From contig DAOUAN010000154.1 in NCBI GenBank assembly GCA_034433385.1, forward strand, positions 3,806 to 67,805: a DNA stretch of 64,000 nucleotides, read 5' to 3'. The translations under genes were made by a program, and so were the position numbers. The notes beneath the pieces are model-generated. The model made no database searches. It was not told the origin of the DNA and worked only from the letters and a program-made list of their open reading frames with translations. Position 1 is the first letter of the stretch. Each line of letters starts with the position of its first letter. Shown here one piece after another: positions 43,392 through 51,920 of the stretch. The stretch is from Anaerolineales bacterium. GTDB lineage: Bacteria; Chloroflexota; Anaerolineae; Anaerolineales; Villigracilaceae.

Positions 43392-44860
43392 GGAAGGGGA
43401 TGCCGTAAATCGTAGATGATGTAACCTGGTTTTTGCACAAGGATATTGTACTTGTTTAACTGTTCCTGTAAGGCTGGTTGATGAGCCAGTTCGGCGAGAT
43501 CGGTCACCAGGAAGTAGGATTTCTGGCGTGTCTGAGCGGCAAAAGCCTGCGGGATGTCTTCATCCGGGGATGTCTTCCACAGGATCACGTTTTGCCAGCC
43601 ATAATAGAACAGTGGATAACCATAATCGGCTGTCAGGGCCACGACGCCGGGCTGGTGTTGGAGCGTTTCGCCGATTTCAGCATACATTTGGGCAAGAGGA
43701 CGGTTGTCGCGGCGACGCAGGGTCAGGTATTCCTGGGTGGTGAAGAAGAGCAGGAAGAGCACAAGAATCGCAAAAAAGGTGGCTCTGTGTGGCTTTCCCG
43801 GCAAGCGGGCGAGAGCTTGCTCGACAAATGCTGAAGCAAGTGGAGCCAGCCCGATGGCGGTGATGGGGATGAGCGGCAGGCTGTAATAGTCATGGCTGGC
43901 AATGTGGTAGGTTTGAAGCAGGCCAAAGAGGAAGTAAAACAGCCAGAGGGAGAGCAGGAAACGGCGCATGGGGCGACTGACAAAGGCCAGCAGGCTCACC
44001 GCGGTCAGCGCCAGGAAGAGGAGGGGGATAACGTTATCCAGTTTGTCCAGCCAGCGCAGATAAAAGGTAGGGGAAAACCACCAGGAAACAATGGTACGCC
44101 CGCGAAATGCTCCCCTCAGAAAGCCGCGCCCGAACAGGCCATCATAGAGATATAAGCCGCCGGGCAACACGCCGAGGAGAATCACCAGCCACGTGGTAGG
44201 ACGCCTGAGCACCGGGAGAAATTGGCTGCGTGCCAGGGATAACCCGATAGCCCCACCGACGACGAAGAAGACGGCGGTCAATTTGATGTAAATATCCAGG
44301 CCACCTGCCAGGCCGGCCAGGATAGCCCAGCGCCAGTCCTCTGGCTGTTGAATCCAGTGGTCAAATGCCCACCAAAAGGCGAGCAGGAAGAGCACCATCA
44401 GCGGGTCTGGCTGGAAGGAACGGCTGGCATCTACGCCATAGGGCAGAAACAGGTAGAAGAGCAGAGCAGCCAGGGCAGCGATAGGTGATGCGGTCAGGTT
44501 GACCGTCAACAGGTAGAGGAAGAAACCGCCAGCGATCCAGAAGAGACCAGATAAGGCGCGGCCAACGGCCGGCGTTTCGCCTGTCCAGCGATAGAGAAAG
44601 GCGGTCAGATGCTCCAGAATAAGCGGTTCGAGCTGAGCCTCGCGAGCCAGGAAGCGCTCCGACAGGTCGCGTTGCCAGGGTGGGGTATCGGGGGCGGTTT
44701 GTTGATAAAGGGCGCGGGCGCGAATTGCGCCAAAGAATTGACGGGTGGGGTGAAAATCGAGCGGCGGGTTGCTGAGATCAGCAAGGCGCAAGAGCAAGCC
44801 GAGAGTGAAAGCCAGGATCAAAAGAAAGGGTAAAGCAAATTTTGCCAGTGCGGATCTCAT
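43388..44860 (-). CDS. GT-C (ArnT/PMT-like, GT39-type) membrane glycosyltransferase candidate
   Basis: 490-aa polytopic protein whose N-terminal region, LLLRLADLSNPPLDFHPTRQ, is typical in layout of lipid-carrier-dependent glycosyltransferases. 4-nt overlap with pyrE. Confidence 0.6.
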   Translation of the reverse strand: MRSALAKFALPFLLILAFTLGLLLRLADLSNPPLDFHPTRQFFGAIRARALYQQTAPDTPPWQRDLSERFLAREAQLEPLILEHLTAFLYRWTGETPAVGRALSGLFWIAGGFFLYLLTVNLTASPIAALAALLFYLFLPYGVDASRSFQPDPLMVLFLLAFWWAFDHWIQQPEDWRWAILAGLAGGLDIYIKLTAVFFVVGGAIGLSLARSQFLPVLRRPTTWLVILLGVLPGGLYLYDGLFGRGFLRGAFRGRTIVSWWFSPTFYLRWLDKLDNVIPLLFLALTAVSLLAFVSRPMRRFLLSLWLFYFLFGLLQTYHIASHDYYSLPLIPITAIGLAPLASAFVEQALARLPGKPHRATFFAILVLFLLFFTTQEYLTLRRRDNRPLAQMYAEIGETLQHQPGVVALTADYGYPLFYYGWQNVILWKTSPDEDIPQAFAAQTRQKSYFLVTDLAELAHQPALQEQLNKYNILVQKPGYIIYDLRHPLP

Positions 44861-44875
44861 ACGTAAAGTATAGGC

Positions 44876-46102
44876 CTATTTCCAGATCATCAGTTGAATC
44901 CAGGCGATTCCGATGACCAGCGAAAGGATGGTGATCACCAGCCCGGATTTGGTGTATTCCCAAAAGGTCAGTTTGATGCCGCGTTTGGCGGCGCTCTCGG
45001 CGACGATGAGGTTGGCCACCGAACCGAGCAGGGTCAGGTTGCCGGCCAGGGTGGAGGCAGCGGCCAGGGTCAGCCAGCCGGCGGTGGGGTCCGCCAGATG
45101 GGTCACGGCCGGGCGGAGGAGCAGCACAGCCGGCACGTTGGAGACCAGGTTCGACATGATGACGGTGATGAGCGAAAGTCCGGCGGCGCCTTTCTGGAGG
45201 AAGGGAGCCAGGGCGGCGAAGATGCCATCGGTGAGGTGGTTCAACTCGATGACGCCGGTCAGGATGAACAGGGCGGCGAAGAAGACCAGCAGATTCCAAT
45301 CTACCTCGTTCATCACCTTTTCCGGGCGGACGCGGCGGGTGAAGAGCAGCACGGTCGCCGCCACGAAGGCCGCCTCGGCAATCGGCACGCCGAGGATGAA
45401 GGCCAGGAGCAATCCGGCGGTGACGATCAGGCTCTTGGTGAGCAGGGGGCGGAAAACGCGCGGCTCAGGGATTTCCACACGGTCGAAGTGCCCACGGGAA
45501 AATTCGGCGGGATAAAACAAAACCAGCACCAGCCAGATGACTCCCAGGCCGAGCAGGGCAATCGGGGTCAGGGCGGCGGCGAATTGCAGGTAGGAAAGCC
45601 CGGAAGCGATGCCGATGATCATGTTCTGCGGGTTGCCGGTGAGCGTGGCCACCGAGCCGATGTTGGCCGCCGTCGCCAGGGCGATCAGGTAGGGGATGGG
45701 GTTGCGTTTAGCCGTCAGAGTCACATCCACGATGAGCGGTGTGAGCATGATGCAGATGGTATCGTTCAGGAACAGGGCGCTCAGCACCCCGGCAACCAGG
45801 ATTTCCAGCGCCAGCAGGCTGCGCGGCGAGCGGGTGAACCTGAGAATGGACGCCCCTGCCAGGCGGAAAAAGCCGGCCAGTTGCAGGTTGGCGTTGATAA
45901 TCATCATCCCGAAGAGCAGGACGAGGGTGTTGATTTCCAGCAAGTTGCCTAGCTGTTTGAAGTCGAGCAAGCCCAGGCCGAGCAGCGCGCCGACGCCGAT
46001 GAGCGTCAGGGTGGTGCGGTTGACGCGCAGGCCTGGGTAGCCGCCGATGGCGATGCCGAGGTAGGTGAGGGTGATGATGATAGCGGTGAGGTAGAAGGTC
46101 AT
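44876..46102 (-). CDS. ArsB/NhaD-superfamily anion permease
   Basis: 408 aa, about 11-12 TM segments, and duplicated GNPQN-like and SNLVSNVPAV motifs typical of this permease superfamily. Confidence 0.65.
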   Translation of the reverse strand: MTFYLTAIIITLTYLGIAIGGYPGLRVNRTTLTLIGVGALLGLGLLDFKQLGNLLEINTLVLLFGMMIINANLQLAGFFRLAGASILRFTRSPRSLLALEILVAGVLSALFLNDTICIMLTPLIVDVTLTAKRNPIPYLIALATAANIGSVATLTGNPQNMIIGIASGLSYLQFAAALTPIALLGLGVIWLVLVLFYPAEFSRGHFDRVEIPEPRVFRPLLTKSLIVTAGLLLAFILGVPIAEAAFVAATVLLFTRRVRPEKVMNEVDWNLLVFFAALFILTGVIELNHLTDGIFAALAPFLQKGAAGLSLITVIMSNLVSNVPAVLLLRPAVTHLADPTAGWLTLAAASTLAGNLTLLGSVANLIVAESAAKRGIKLTFWEYTKSGLVITILSLVIGIAWIQLMIWK

Positions 46103-46103
46103 G

Positions 46104-46138
46104 GTTCAGTATTCAGTATTCAGTGTTCAGTGGTCAGT
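46104..46138. repeat. Tandem heptamer array (5 x RTTCAGT)
   Basis: GTTCAGT ATTCAGT ATTCAGT GTTCAGT GGTCAGT. On the mRNA strand these are ACTGAAY units, each carrying a TGA. The array spans the last four pyrF codons, the pyrF stop and nearly all of the 24-nt spacer before the permease ATG. Confidence 0.8.
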
Positions 46139-46996
46139 GGGAGGGCGGAGGGCGAGAATCTGGTCGCGCAATTCGGCCGCGGCCTGACCGGGATTTTCGG
46201 CGCGCGAGATGCCGCGCGAGACGTTGATGAGCAGCCCATTGCCGTCTGCCCGCAGGCCGAGGCGGAGGGCGGTCTCCAGGTCGCCGCCCTGGGCGCCGAC
46301 GCCGGGGACGAGGAACCACAAATCCGGCGCAGCGGCGCGGAGGCGGGCGAGGGCTTCGGGGTGTGTCGCCCCGACCACCAGGCCGAGGTTGTTGCCGGTA
46401 TTCCATTGTTGGGCAAGATAGGCAACATGCTCATACAAGAGAACAGACCCTGGACGGTGGACCGTTGACTGTGGGTCATCAACTGCTGTCCACTGTCCAC
46501 GGTCTACGGTCAGGTCTTGCAAATCACCCGCCCCGGGGTTGCTCGTCTTGCAGAGCAGGAAGACGCCCTTGCGCGGGTTTTGCAGGAACGGCTCGACCGC
46601 GTCGCGGCCCAGGTAGGGATTGACGGTGAGCGCGTCCGCGCCGAGGGTCTCGAAGGCGGCGCGGGCGTAGGCCTCGGCCGTGGAGGCGATGTCGCCGCGC
46701 TTGGCGTCCAGAATGACGGGAATCTGCGACCCGAGGCGGGCCGATTCGGCATGGACGGCATCAATCACATCCTTGAGCGCCGTCCAGCCCGCCGCGCCGA
46801 AGACCTCGAAGAAGGCCGCGTTGGGCTTGAAGGCCGCGGCGTAGGGAGCGGTCTGTTTCACGAGATTCAGGCAGAAATCCCGCGCCGCATCGGCGCTGGG
46901 GGCGGGGAGATCGCCCGGGTGCGGGTCGAGGCCGACGCAGAGGAGCGAGGCGCAGTCGTCCACCCGCTTTTCGAGGAGGGTGAAGAAGGTTTCCAT
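46127..46996 (-). CDS. pyrF: Orotidine 5-prime-phosphate decarboxylase (type 2), with a repeat-derived in-frame segment
   Basis: LCVGLDPHP, ILDAKRGDIASTA, KTSNPGAGDLQDL and VPGVGAQGG. Confidence 0.85.
   Translation of the reverse strand: METFFTLLEKRVDDCASLLCVGLDPHPGDLPAPSADAARDFCLNLVKQTAPYAAAFKPNAAFFEVFGAAGWTALKDVIDAVHAESARLGSQIPVILDAKRGDIASTAEAYARAAFETLGADALTVNPYLGRDAVEPFLQNPRKGVFLLCKTSNPGAGDLQDLTVDRGQWTAVDDPQSTVHRPGSVLLYEHVAYLAQQWNTGNNLGLVVGATHPEALARLRAAAPDLWFLVPGVGAQGGDLETALRLGLRADGNGLLINVSRGISRAENPGQAAAELRDQILALRPPTDH
46450..46512. repeat. Heptad-periodic palindromic repeat element (copy C) inside the pyrF coding sequence
   Basis: Nine heptads: CTGGACG GTGGACC GTTGACT GTGGGTC ATCAACT GCTGTCC ACTGTCC ACGGTCT ACGGTCA. 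That is 63 nt, or 21 codons. It encodes most of LTVDRGQWTAVDDPQSTVHRP (22 codons, of which the element covers 21). Confidence 0.65.
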
Positions 46997-47010
46997 GATG
47001 TTTTTTATCT

Positions 47011-47094
47011 GACGGTGGACAGTAGACGGTAGACGGTGGACCTTTTACCATCTATGCTCTACGGTCTACGGTCTATGGTCTACGGTCTATGGTC
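47011..47094. repeat. Heptad-periodic palindromic repeat element (copy D), filling the pyrB-pyrF spacer
   Basis: GACGGTG GACAGTA GACGGTA GACGGTG, a spacer, then CTCTACG GTCTACG GTCTATG GTCTACG GTCTATG GTCA. The right end abuts the pyrB stop codon (47093-47095). Confidence 0.8.
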
Positions 47095-48076
47095 ATGCTT
47101 TGCCCAACACCATCGCCAGCAGCGCCATGCGGACGTAGAGGCCGTATTCCATCTGGCGGAAGTAGGCGGCGCGGGGGTCGTCATCGAAAGCGGGGTCAAT
47201 TTCGCCGACGCGCGGCAGGGGGTGCATCACGATCATTTCTTGTTTGGCGGCTTTCATGATTTCGGGGGTGATGACGTAGGCGCCTTTGACCTTTTCGTAT
47301 TCCGCCGGGTCTTCGAAGCGTTCTTTCTGGACGCGGGTAACGTAAAGCACGTCGGTTTGGGGCAAGACTTCGTCGAGGGTGGTGTATTCGGCCTGGGGGA
47401 TGCCCTTGGCCGCCACCTCGTCCATGACTTCGCGCGGCATGCGCAGGATTTCGGGCGAGACGTAGTTGATTTTAACATCGTAGAGCGAGAGCAGCCGCGC
47501 CAGCGAGTGGACGGTGCGCCCGTATTTCAGGTCGCCGAGCATGGTGATCGTCAGGCCGTCCACTACGCCGACGCCGAGTTCTTCGAAGATGGTGAACAGG
47601 TCGAGCAGCGCCTGGGTGGGATGCTCACCGATGCCGTCGCCGGCGTTGATGATCGGCTTTTTAGCGGCGCGGGCGGCGATCTCGGCCGAGCCGGTTTCGG
47701 GGTGGCGCAGGACGATCACATCGGCATAGCATTCCAGGGTGCGGACGGTATCGGGCAGGCTCTCGCCCTTGGCCACCGAGGAATAGCGCACCTCGTTGAT
47801 GGGAATGACGCTGCCACCGAGTCGCTCCATGGCAGCGGTGAAACTGGAGGAGGTGCGCGTGGAGGGTTCGTAGAACAAGTTGGCGAGGATTTTGCCCTTC
47901 AGCAAGTCGAACGTGCCGATGCGCTCGACCATGCCGCGCATTTCGTGGGCGACGCCGAAGATGTATTCCAGGTCGGCGCGGGTAAATTGTTTGACGGATA
48001 GGATGTCTTTGCCGTACCAGTCGGCTTTTTTATTTTCGCCGAAGGGCAGGTGGGGGGAAAGGGAAGGGGTAGGCAT
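47093..48076 (-). CDS. pyrB: Aspartate carbamoyltransferase catalytic subunit
   Basis: [12 protein letters not shown] (STRT), HPTQALLD and HPLPRVGEI. Confidence 0.93.
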   Translation of the reverse strand: MPTPSLSPHLPFGENKKADWYGKDILSVKQFTRADLEYIFGVAHEMRGMVERIGTFDLLKGKILANLFYEPSTRTSSSFTAAMERLGGSVIPINEVRYSSVAKGESLPDTVRTLECYADVIVLRHPETGSAEIAARAAKKPIINAGDGIGEHPTQALLDLFTIFEELGVGVVDGLTITMLGDLKYGRTVHSLARLLSLYDVKINYVSPEILRMPREVMDEVAAKGIPQAEYTTLDEVLPQTDVLYVTRVQKERFEDPAEYEKVKGAYVITPEIMKAAKQEMIVMHPLPRVGEIDPAFDDDPRAAYFRQMEYGLYVRMALLAMVLGKA

Positions 48077-48164
48077 GGGGTATCTCCTTGGGTCAAGTAA
48101 TCAGGTAGTCACTTCGTCGGGTGAGCGCGTAGTCTCATAGTGCGTGGTTGCCTGGGTGGTGATT

Positions 48165-49268
48165 TTATTGCCAGCATTCCAGTTGTTCGAAGGGCTCAGG
48201 GCGCTGTTCACGGAGATTGAGGCCAAAGCCGGCGGGGACGAGGATCTGCCCATCGCGGTAGGCCTCGCGGCCGCGCAAGACGACACGAATCACGCGACCC
48301 CGTGCCGGCCAGCCCTCGAAGGGCGTCCAGCCACACTTTGAGTGCAACTCGCTCGCCCGAATCTCCCAACGGGCGTTCTCATCTATCTCGATCCAGGTTT
48401 CGGGCTGTTCGGGGAGCGAGAAAATTCTGCGGGGATTGACCACACATTTCTGAATAATATCGTCTACCGTCAACCGTCCATCGTCCGATGCTGTGAGCAG
48501 GAGAGGAAGCATCGTCTCCAGGCCGGGGAAGCCGGGCGGCGGGTTCTCGCCGTCCTTTTCGGCCAGGGTGTGCGGGGCGTGGTCAGTGGCAAAGCAATCA
48601 ATGACATCGAGATTCTGCCAGAGGGCGTCCACATCGGCCTGGCAGGCCAACCGCGGGCGGACTTCGCCGCGGCCGGGGTGTCCGTGCGAGAGGGCGGGGA
48701 TGTTATCGGCGGTCAGGAAGAGATGGTGCGGCGTCACCTCGCAGGTGACTTTCACGCCGCGGGCTTTGGCCTCGCGGATGAGCAGAATCTCCTCGCGCAG
48801 GGAGACGTGAGCGATGTGAACAGGTTGATCGAACATCTGCGAGAAGGCCAGGGCGGCGGCCATGCTGCGGCTCTCGGCGTGGACGACGATGGGGCCGGGG
48901 CCACGCCAACGGCGGAAATGATCCAGCCACAGGGTCATGTCGTTCAGGCGTAGTTCGCCAAAGGTGGAGTCGAGGTACATTTTCAAGGCGGCAGCGTAGG
49001 GGGCCAGAGAGGCAACCTCGGCGGCGTTTTCGGGGCCGGCGCCGAGGTATTGGGCGTAGTCACACCGCGCCTTTGAACGAGCCGCTTCCAGGGCCGAATC
49101 GAGGGTGAATTGGTCGAAGATCGGCGGTTTGGTGTTGGGCATGGCGAGAATGGTGGTCACTCCGCCAGCGAGGGCGGCCTGGGTGGCGGTATCCCAGTCT
49201 TCCTTGTGGGTCTGACCGGGTTCGCGCACGTGGACGTGGGGGTCAATCAGTCCGGGAAGTCTCATCAT
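48165..49268 (-). CDS. pyrC: Dihydroorotase
   Basis: GLIDPHVHVREPG metal-binding motif with downstream conserved His/Asp (DHAPH). The start is set at ATG-ATG 49268/49265. The ORF-track start at 49307 is a TTG inside the leader terminator. Confidence 0.88.
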   Translation of the reverse strand: MMRLPGLIDPHVHVREPGQTHKEDWDTATQAALAGGVTTILAMPNTKPPIFDQFTLDSALEAARSKARCDYAQYLGAGPENAAEVASLAPYAAALKMYLDSTFGELRLNDMTLWLDHFRRWRGPGPIVVHAESRSMAAALAFSQMFDQPVHIAHVSLREEILLIREAKARGVKVTCEVTPHHLFLTADNIPALSHGHPGRGEVRPRLACQADVDALWQNLDVIDCFATDHAPHTLAEKDGENPPPGFPGLETMLPLLLTASDDGRLTVDDIIQKCVVNPRRIFSLPEQPETWIEIDENARWEIRASELHSKCGWTPFEGWPARGRVIRVVLRGREAYRDGQILVPAGFGLNLREQRPEPFEQLECWQ

Positions 49269-49287
49269 CAGATAGTCTTGTGGAGGC

Positions 49288-49316
49288 AAAAAAAGAGAGC
49301 CGATCAAACGGCTCTC
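49288..49316 (-). terminator. Intrinsic terminator in the pyr operon leader (attenuator candidate)
   Basis: The minus strand reads GAGAGCCG-UUUGAU-CGGCUCUC followed by UUUUUUU. It ends about 20 nt upstream of the pyrC start. Confidence 0.65.
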
Positions 49317-49398
49317 TCAGGGAACGAAAACAGCGGACAAAGCAATCGGTTGAGGAAGAAAACATCGTAAGTGTAAAAATGAGACCATATCGGGCGGG

Positions 49399-49426
49399 AT
49401 TATAGGCAGGATTGCGAATCTGTCAA
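49399..49426 (-). promoter_or_regulatory. Consensus sigma-70-type promoter of the pyr operon
   Basis: The minus strand reads TTGACA (49426-49421), a 16-nt spacer, then TATAAT (49404-49399). Confidence 0.6.
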
Positions 49427-49450
49427 GGGCAAAATTTGATCATGATATAA
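49423..49450 (+). promoter_or_regulatory. Possible promoter giving a leaderless or near-leaderless dsbA-like mRNA
   Basis: TATAAT at 49445-49450 lies 7 nt before ATG 49458. There is a weak -35, TCAAGG, 17 nt upstream. No SD. Confidence 0.35.
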
Positions 49451-49457
49451 TGCGCGC

Positions 49458-50195
49458 ATGGATGAGCGTTCTGTTTCCCGAGAAGATGTAGTTGTATTCA
49501 AACGCAGTTATTTCTATGCGTTGATGGTCGTGCTGGCATTTGCTGCCGGGGTACTGGTTGGGTATGTCGCCTGGGGGCGAGAGAGCGCCACCTCGAGACG
49601 GGGTCAGGCCGTTGGTCCGGTAGCCGAGGCGCCTTATGAGACGCCTGAGCCGAAATACACGCGCTACGAGATTCCGACGGATGGTTTTCCCAGCCTGGGT
49701 CCGCAGGATGCGCCGATCGTGATTGTGGAATTCAGCGACTATCAGTGCCCGTATTGCCAGCGCTGGCATCAGCAAACGTTCAAGCCTTTGCTGGCAGCCT
49801 ATCCGGGAAAGATTCGCCTGGTCTATCGCAATTTGCCACTGACATCGATTCATCCGGAAGCCTATTCGGCGGCGGTGGCGGCCTTGTGTGCCAATGAGCA
49901 GAATGCGTATTGGCCTTATCACGACAGGCTGTTTGAGGGGCAATATGGCCTGGGGCCAGAAGTTTACACCCAATACGCGGCCGATTTGGGCCTGGATATG
50001 ACTGCTTTTCAGGAATGCCTGGCGAGCAAGCGTTATGATCAGTTTGTTCAGGAAGATATGAAATTTGCCATGAATTTAGGGGTGCGCTCTACCCCAACGT
50101 TTTTCATCAATGGTCTGGCTGTGGTGGGAGCGCAACCGCTGGATGTCTTCAAGCAGATTATTGACAAAGAATTAGCGGGAGAAATTCCAAAGTAA
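49458..50195 (+). CDS. DsbA-family thiol:disulfide oxidoreductase with an N-terminal membrane anchor
   Basis: EFSDYQCPYCQRW (CxxC) thioredoxin fold, with the anchor YFYALMVVLAFAAGVLVGYVAW. Confidence 0.8.
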   Translation: MDERSVSREDVVVFKRSYFYALMVVLAFAAGVLVGYVAWGRESATSRRGQAVGPVAEAPYETPEPKYTRYEIPTDGFPSLGPQDAPIVIVEFSDYQCPYCQRWHQQTFKPLLAAYPGKIRLVYRNLPLTSIHPEAYSAAVAALCANEQNAYWPYHDRLFEGQYGLGPEVYTQYAADLGLDMTAFQECLASKRYDQFVQEDMKFAMNLGVRSTPTFFINGLAVVGAQPLDVFKQIIDKELAGEIPK

Positions 50196-50201
50196 GCGTT
50201 G

Positions 50202-50226
50202 GGGCGGGAAAACCCGCCCTTTCTTG
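50202..50226 (+). terminator. Rho-independent terminator after the dsbA-like gene
   Basis: GGGCGGG-AAAA-CCCGCCC followed by TTTCTTG. Confidence 0.65.
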
Positions 50227-50407
50227 TGGCAATTTTGGGCTTGTGTAGCCTGAATGGCTGTCCTACCGACGGTTTGATGTGCTGGTGTGCCTGGCAAGAG
50301 CAGGCTTTCCATTTGTTTGCTGTCCGTTGTCCGCCAGGAGACTTCCGAAGTCTGCGTGGAGGATACGGGGCAGCATGGTTAAACTTCCCTGAGGAGCCAT
50401 TGTGTTT

Positions 50408-51073
50408 ATGAAAAAGTTTGTGGCTGTGGCCGGAAATATCGGCGTAGGAAAATCTACCCTGGTGACGATGTTGTGCGACCGCCTGGGGTGGGAGCCTTTC
50501 TATGAACCGGTGGCGGAGAATCCCTACCTGGCCGATTTTTATGCTGATATGTCCTCCTGGGCCTTCCACTCCCAAATTTTCTTCCTGGCGCATCGTTTGC
50601 GGGCGCATCATCAGCTGGCCTTACGCCCGACTTCGGTCATTCAAGATCGTAGCGTGTACGAAGATGCCGAGGTCTTTGCCCGAAACCTGTTCTTGCAAGG
50701 GTTTATCCAGCCGCGCGATTATCAGACATATCGCGAACTGTATGAAACGGTGATGGCTTTCCTACCGCCGCCCGACCTGGTGATTTATTTGCGCGCCTCG
50801 GTTCCGACCCTGCTCAGCCGCATTTCGTTGCGCGGCCGCGAATACGAGCGCACGATTTCGGCGGAGTATTTGCACAGTTTGAATCGGCTTTACGAGGATT
50901 GGATCAACAATTTTACGCTCTGTCCCGTGCTCGCCGTGCCCGCCGATGATTTGAATTATGTGGCGCATCCCGGACATTTGAATCTGATCGCTGCCAAAAT
51001 GGTGGAAAAACTGACCGGGAAAGATGAAGTGGTTTTCGATGCCGATGAGGTGGCGCGGGCTGCCGAAGATTAG
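50408..51073 (+). CDS. Deoxynucleoside kinase, paralog 2
   Basis: KKFVAVAGNIGVGKSTL P-loop, then YEPVAENPYLADFYADMSSWAFHSQIFFLAHR. The start could also be ATG 50402. Confidence 0.85.
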   Translation: MKKFVAVAGNIGVGKSTLVTMLCDRLGWEPFYEPVAENPYLADFYADMSSWAFHSQIFFLAHRLRAHHQLALRPTSVIQDRSVYEDAEVFARNLFLQGFIQPRDYQTYRELYETVMAFLPPPDLVIYLRASVPTLLSRISLRGREYERTISAEYLHSLNRLYEDWINNFTLCPVLAVPADDLNYVAHPGHLNLIAAKMVEKLTGKDEVVFDADEVARAAED

Positions 51074-51861
51074 GCAAATACCTCCGACGAGAGAGCGGCC
51101 TCAATCAGTGGATTGAGGTCGTTTTCTTTGATTGCCTCTCCAATCGTGAGCCAGGCCAAGAATTCTGTATTTCCCTTTGGCCCCAAAATGGGCGAACGGA
51201 TGAGACCTCGCACCTGCCACCCCTGGGCCTGGGCAAACGTCAAAACGTCGCTCAACACCTGACGATGAATTTCCACATCGCGAATCACGCCCTTACCGCG
51301 CGCCACCTCGCGCCGACCCGCTTCAAATTGGGGCTTTATGAGAGCAATCACCTCTCCATCTTGCAGCCAGCGATGCACAACTGGCAGCAACACTTTGAGT
51401 GAGATGAACGAGGCGTCTATGGTCACCAGTGAAACCGGTTCGGGCAGCTGCTCCAGATGACGGGCATTGGTCTCTTCGAACAGCACCACGCGGGGATCGT
51501 TGCGAAGTTTCCAGTGCAATATTCCTTTTCCCACGTCAATGGCATAGACGCGCGCCGCGCCGTGTTGCAGCAAACAATCGGTAAAGCCGCCAGTCGAGGC
51601 CCCCACATCGGCGCAGATGCGCCCGCTTACATCCAGCCGAAAAGCACGCAAGGCAGCCTCCAGCTTTTCGCCGCCGCGCGAGACGTAACGGGGGCCGCTT
51701 TCCACACGAATTTCGCTTCCTGCGCTTACCGCAGTGGCTGGCTTGAGTACCATTTCCCCATCCACACGCACCTGTCCGGCCATGATCAGCGCCTGGGCTT
51801 TGGAGCGCGATTCGGCCAGCCCCTGTTCCACCAGCAAGACATCCAGACGTTTTTTGGTCAT
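51070..51861 (-). CDS. tlyA: TlyA-family rRNA 2-prime-O-methyltransferase (S4 plus FtsJ domains)
   Basis: KRLDVLLVEQGLAESRSKAQALIMAGQVRVDG (S4) and DVGASTGGFTDCLLQHGA (SAM motif). The start is set at MTKKRLD (ATG 51861). Confidence 0.85.
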   Translation of the reverse strand: MTKKRLDVLLVEQGLAESRSKAQALIMAGQVRVDGEMVLKPATAVSAGSEIRVESGPRYVSRGGEKLEAALRAFRLDVSGRICADVGASTGGFTDCLLQHGAARVYAIDVGKGILHWKLRNDPRVVLFEETNARHLEQLPEPVSLVTIDASFISLKVLLPVVHRWLQDGEVIALIKPQFEAGRREVARGKGVIRDVEIHRQVLSDVLTFAQAQGWQVRGLIRSPILGPKGNTEFLAWLTIGEAIKENDLNPLIEAALSSEVFA

Positions 51862-51920
51862 AAGTAAATTGTAATGCGGAAACAAAATCTGAACGAATGC
51901 TGGTAAGGTAAAATTACTTT

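Noticed and set aside
46104-47094. A CRISPR array formed by the short tandem repeats.
   Set aside because: The units are 7 nt with no spacers and form inverted arrays. No cas genes and no repeat-spacer periodicity of 25-40 nt occur anywhere in the window.
48077-48164. The pyrC-pyrB spacer (two GTAGTC motifs) as a degenerate heptad element.
   Set aside because: There are only two hexamer matches, with no 7-nt phasing or complementary arm. The evidence is insufficient.
48455-48490. A heptad-like stretch, ATCGTCTACCGTCAACCGTCCATCGTCC, inside pyrC as a fourth copy of the heptad-palindromic element.
   Set aside because: There are only about three loosely matching units and no complementary arm. 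It encodes DDGRLTVDDII, which reads as an ordinary part of the dihydroorotase C-terminal region. It is probably a chance resemblance.
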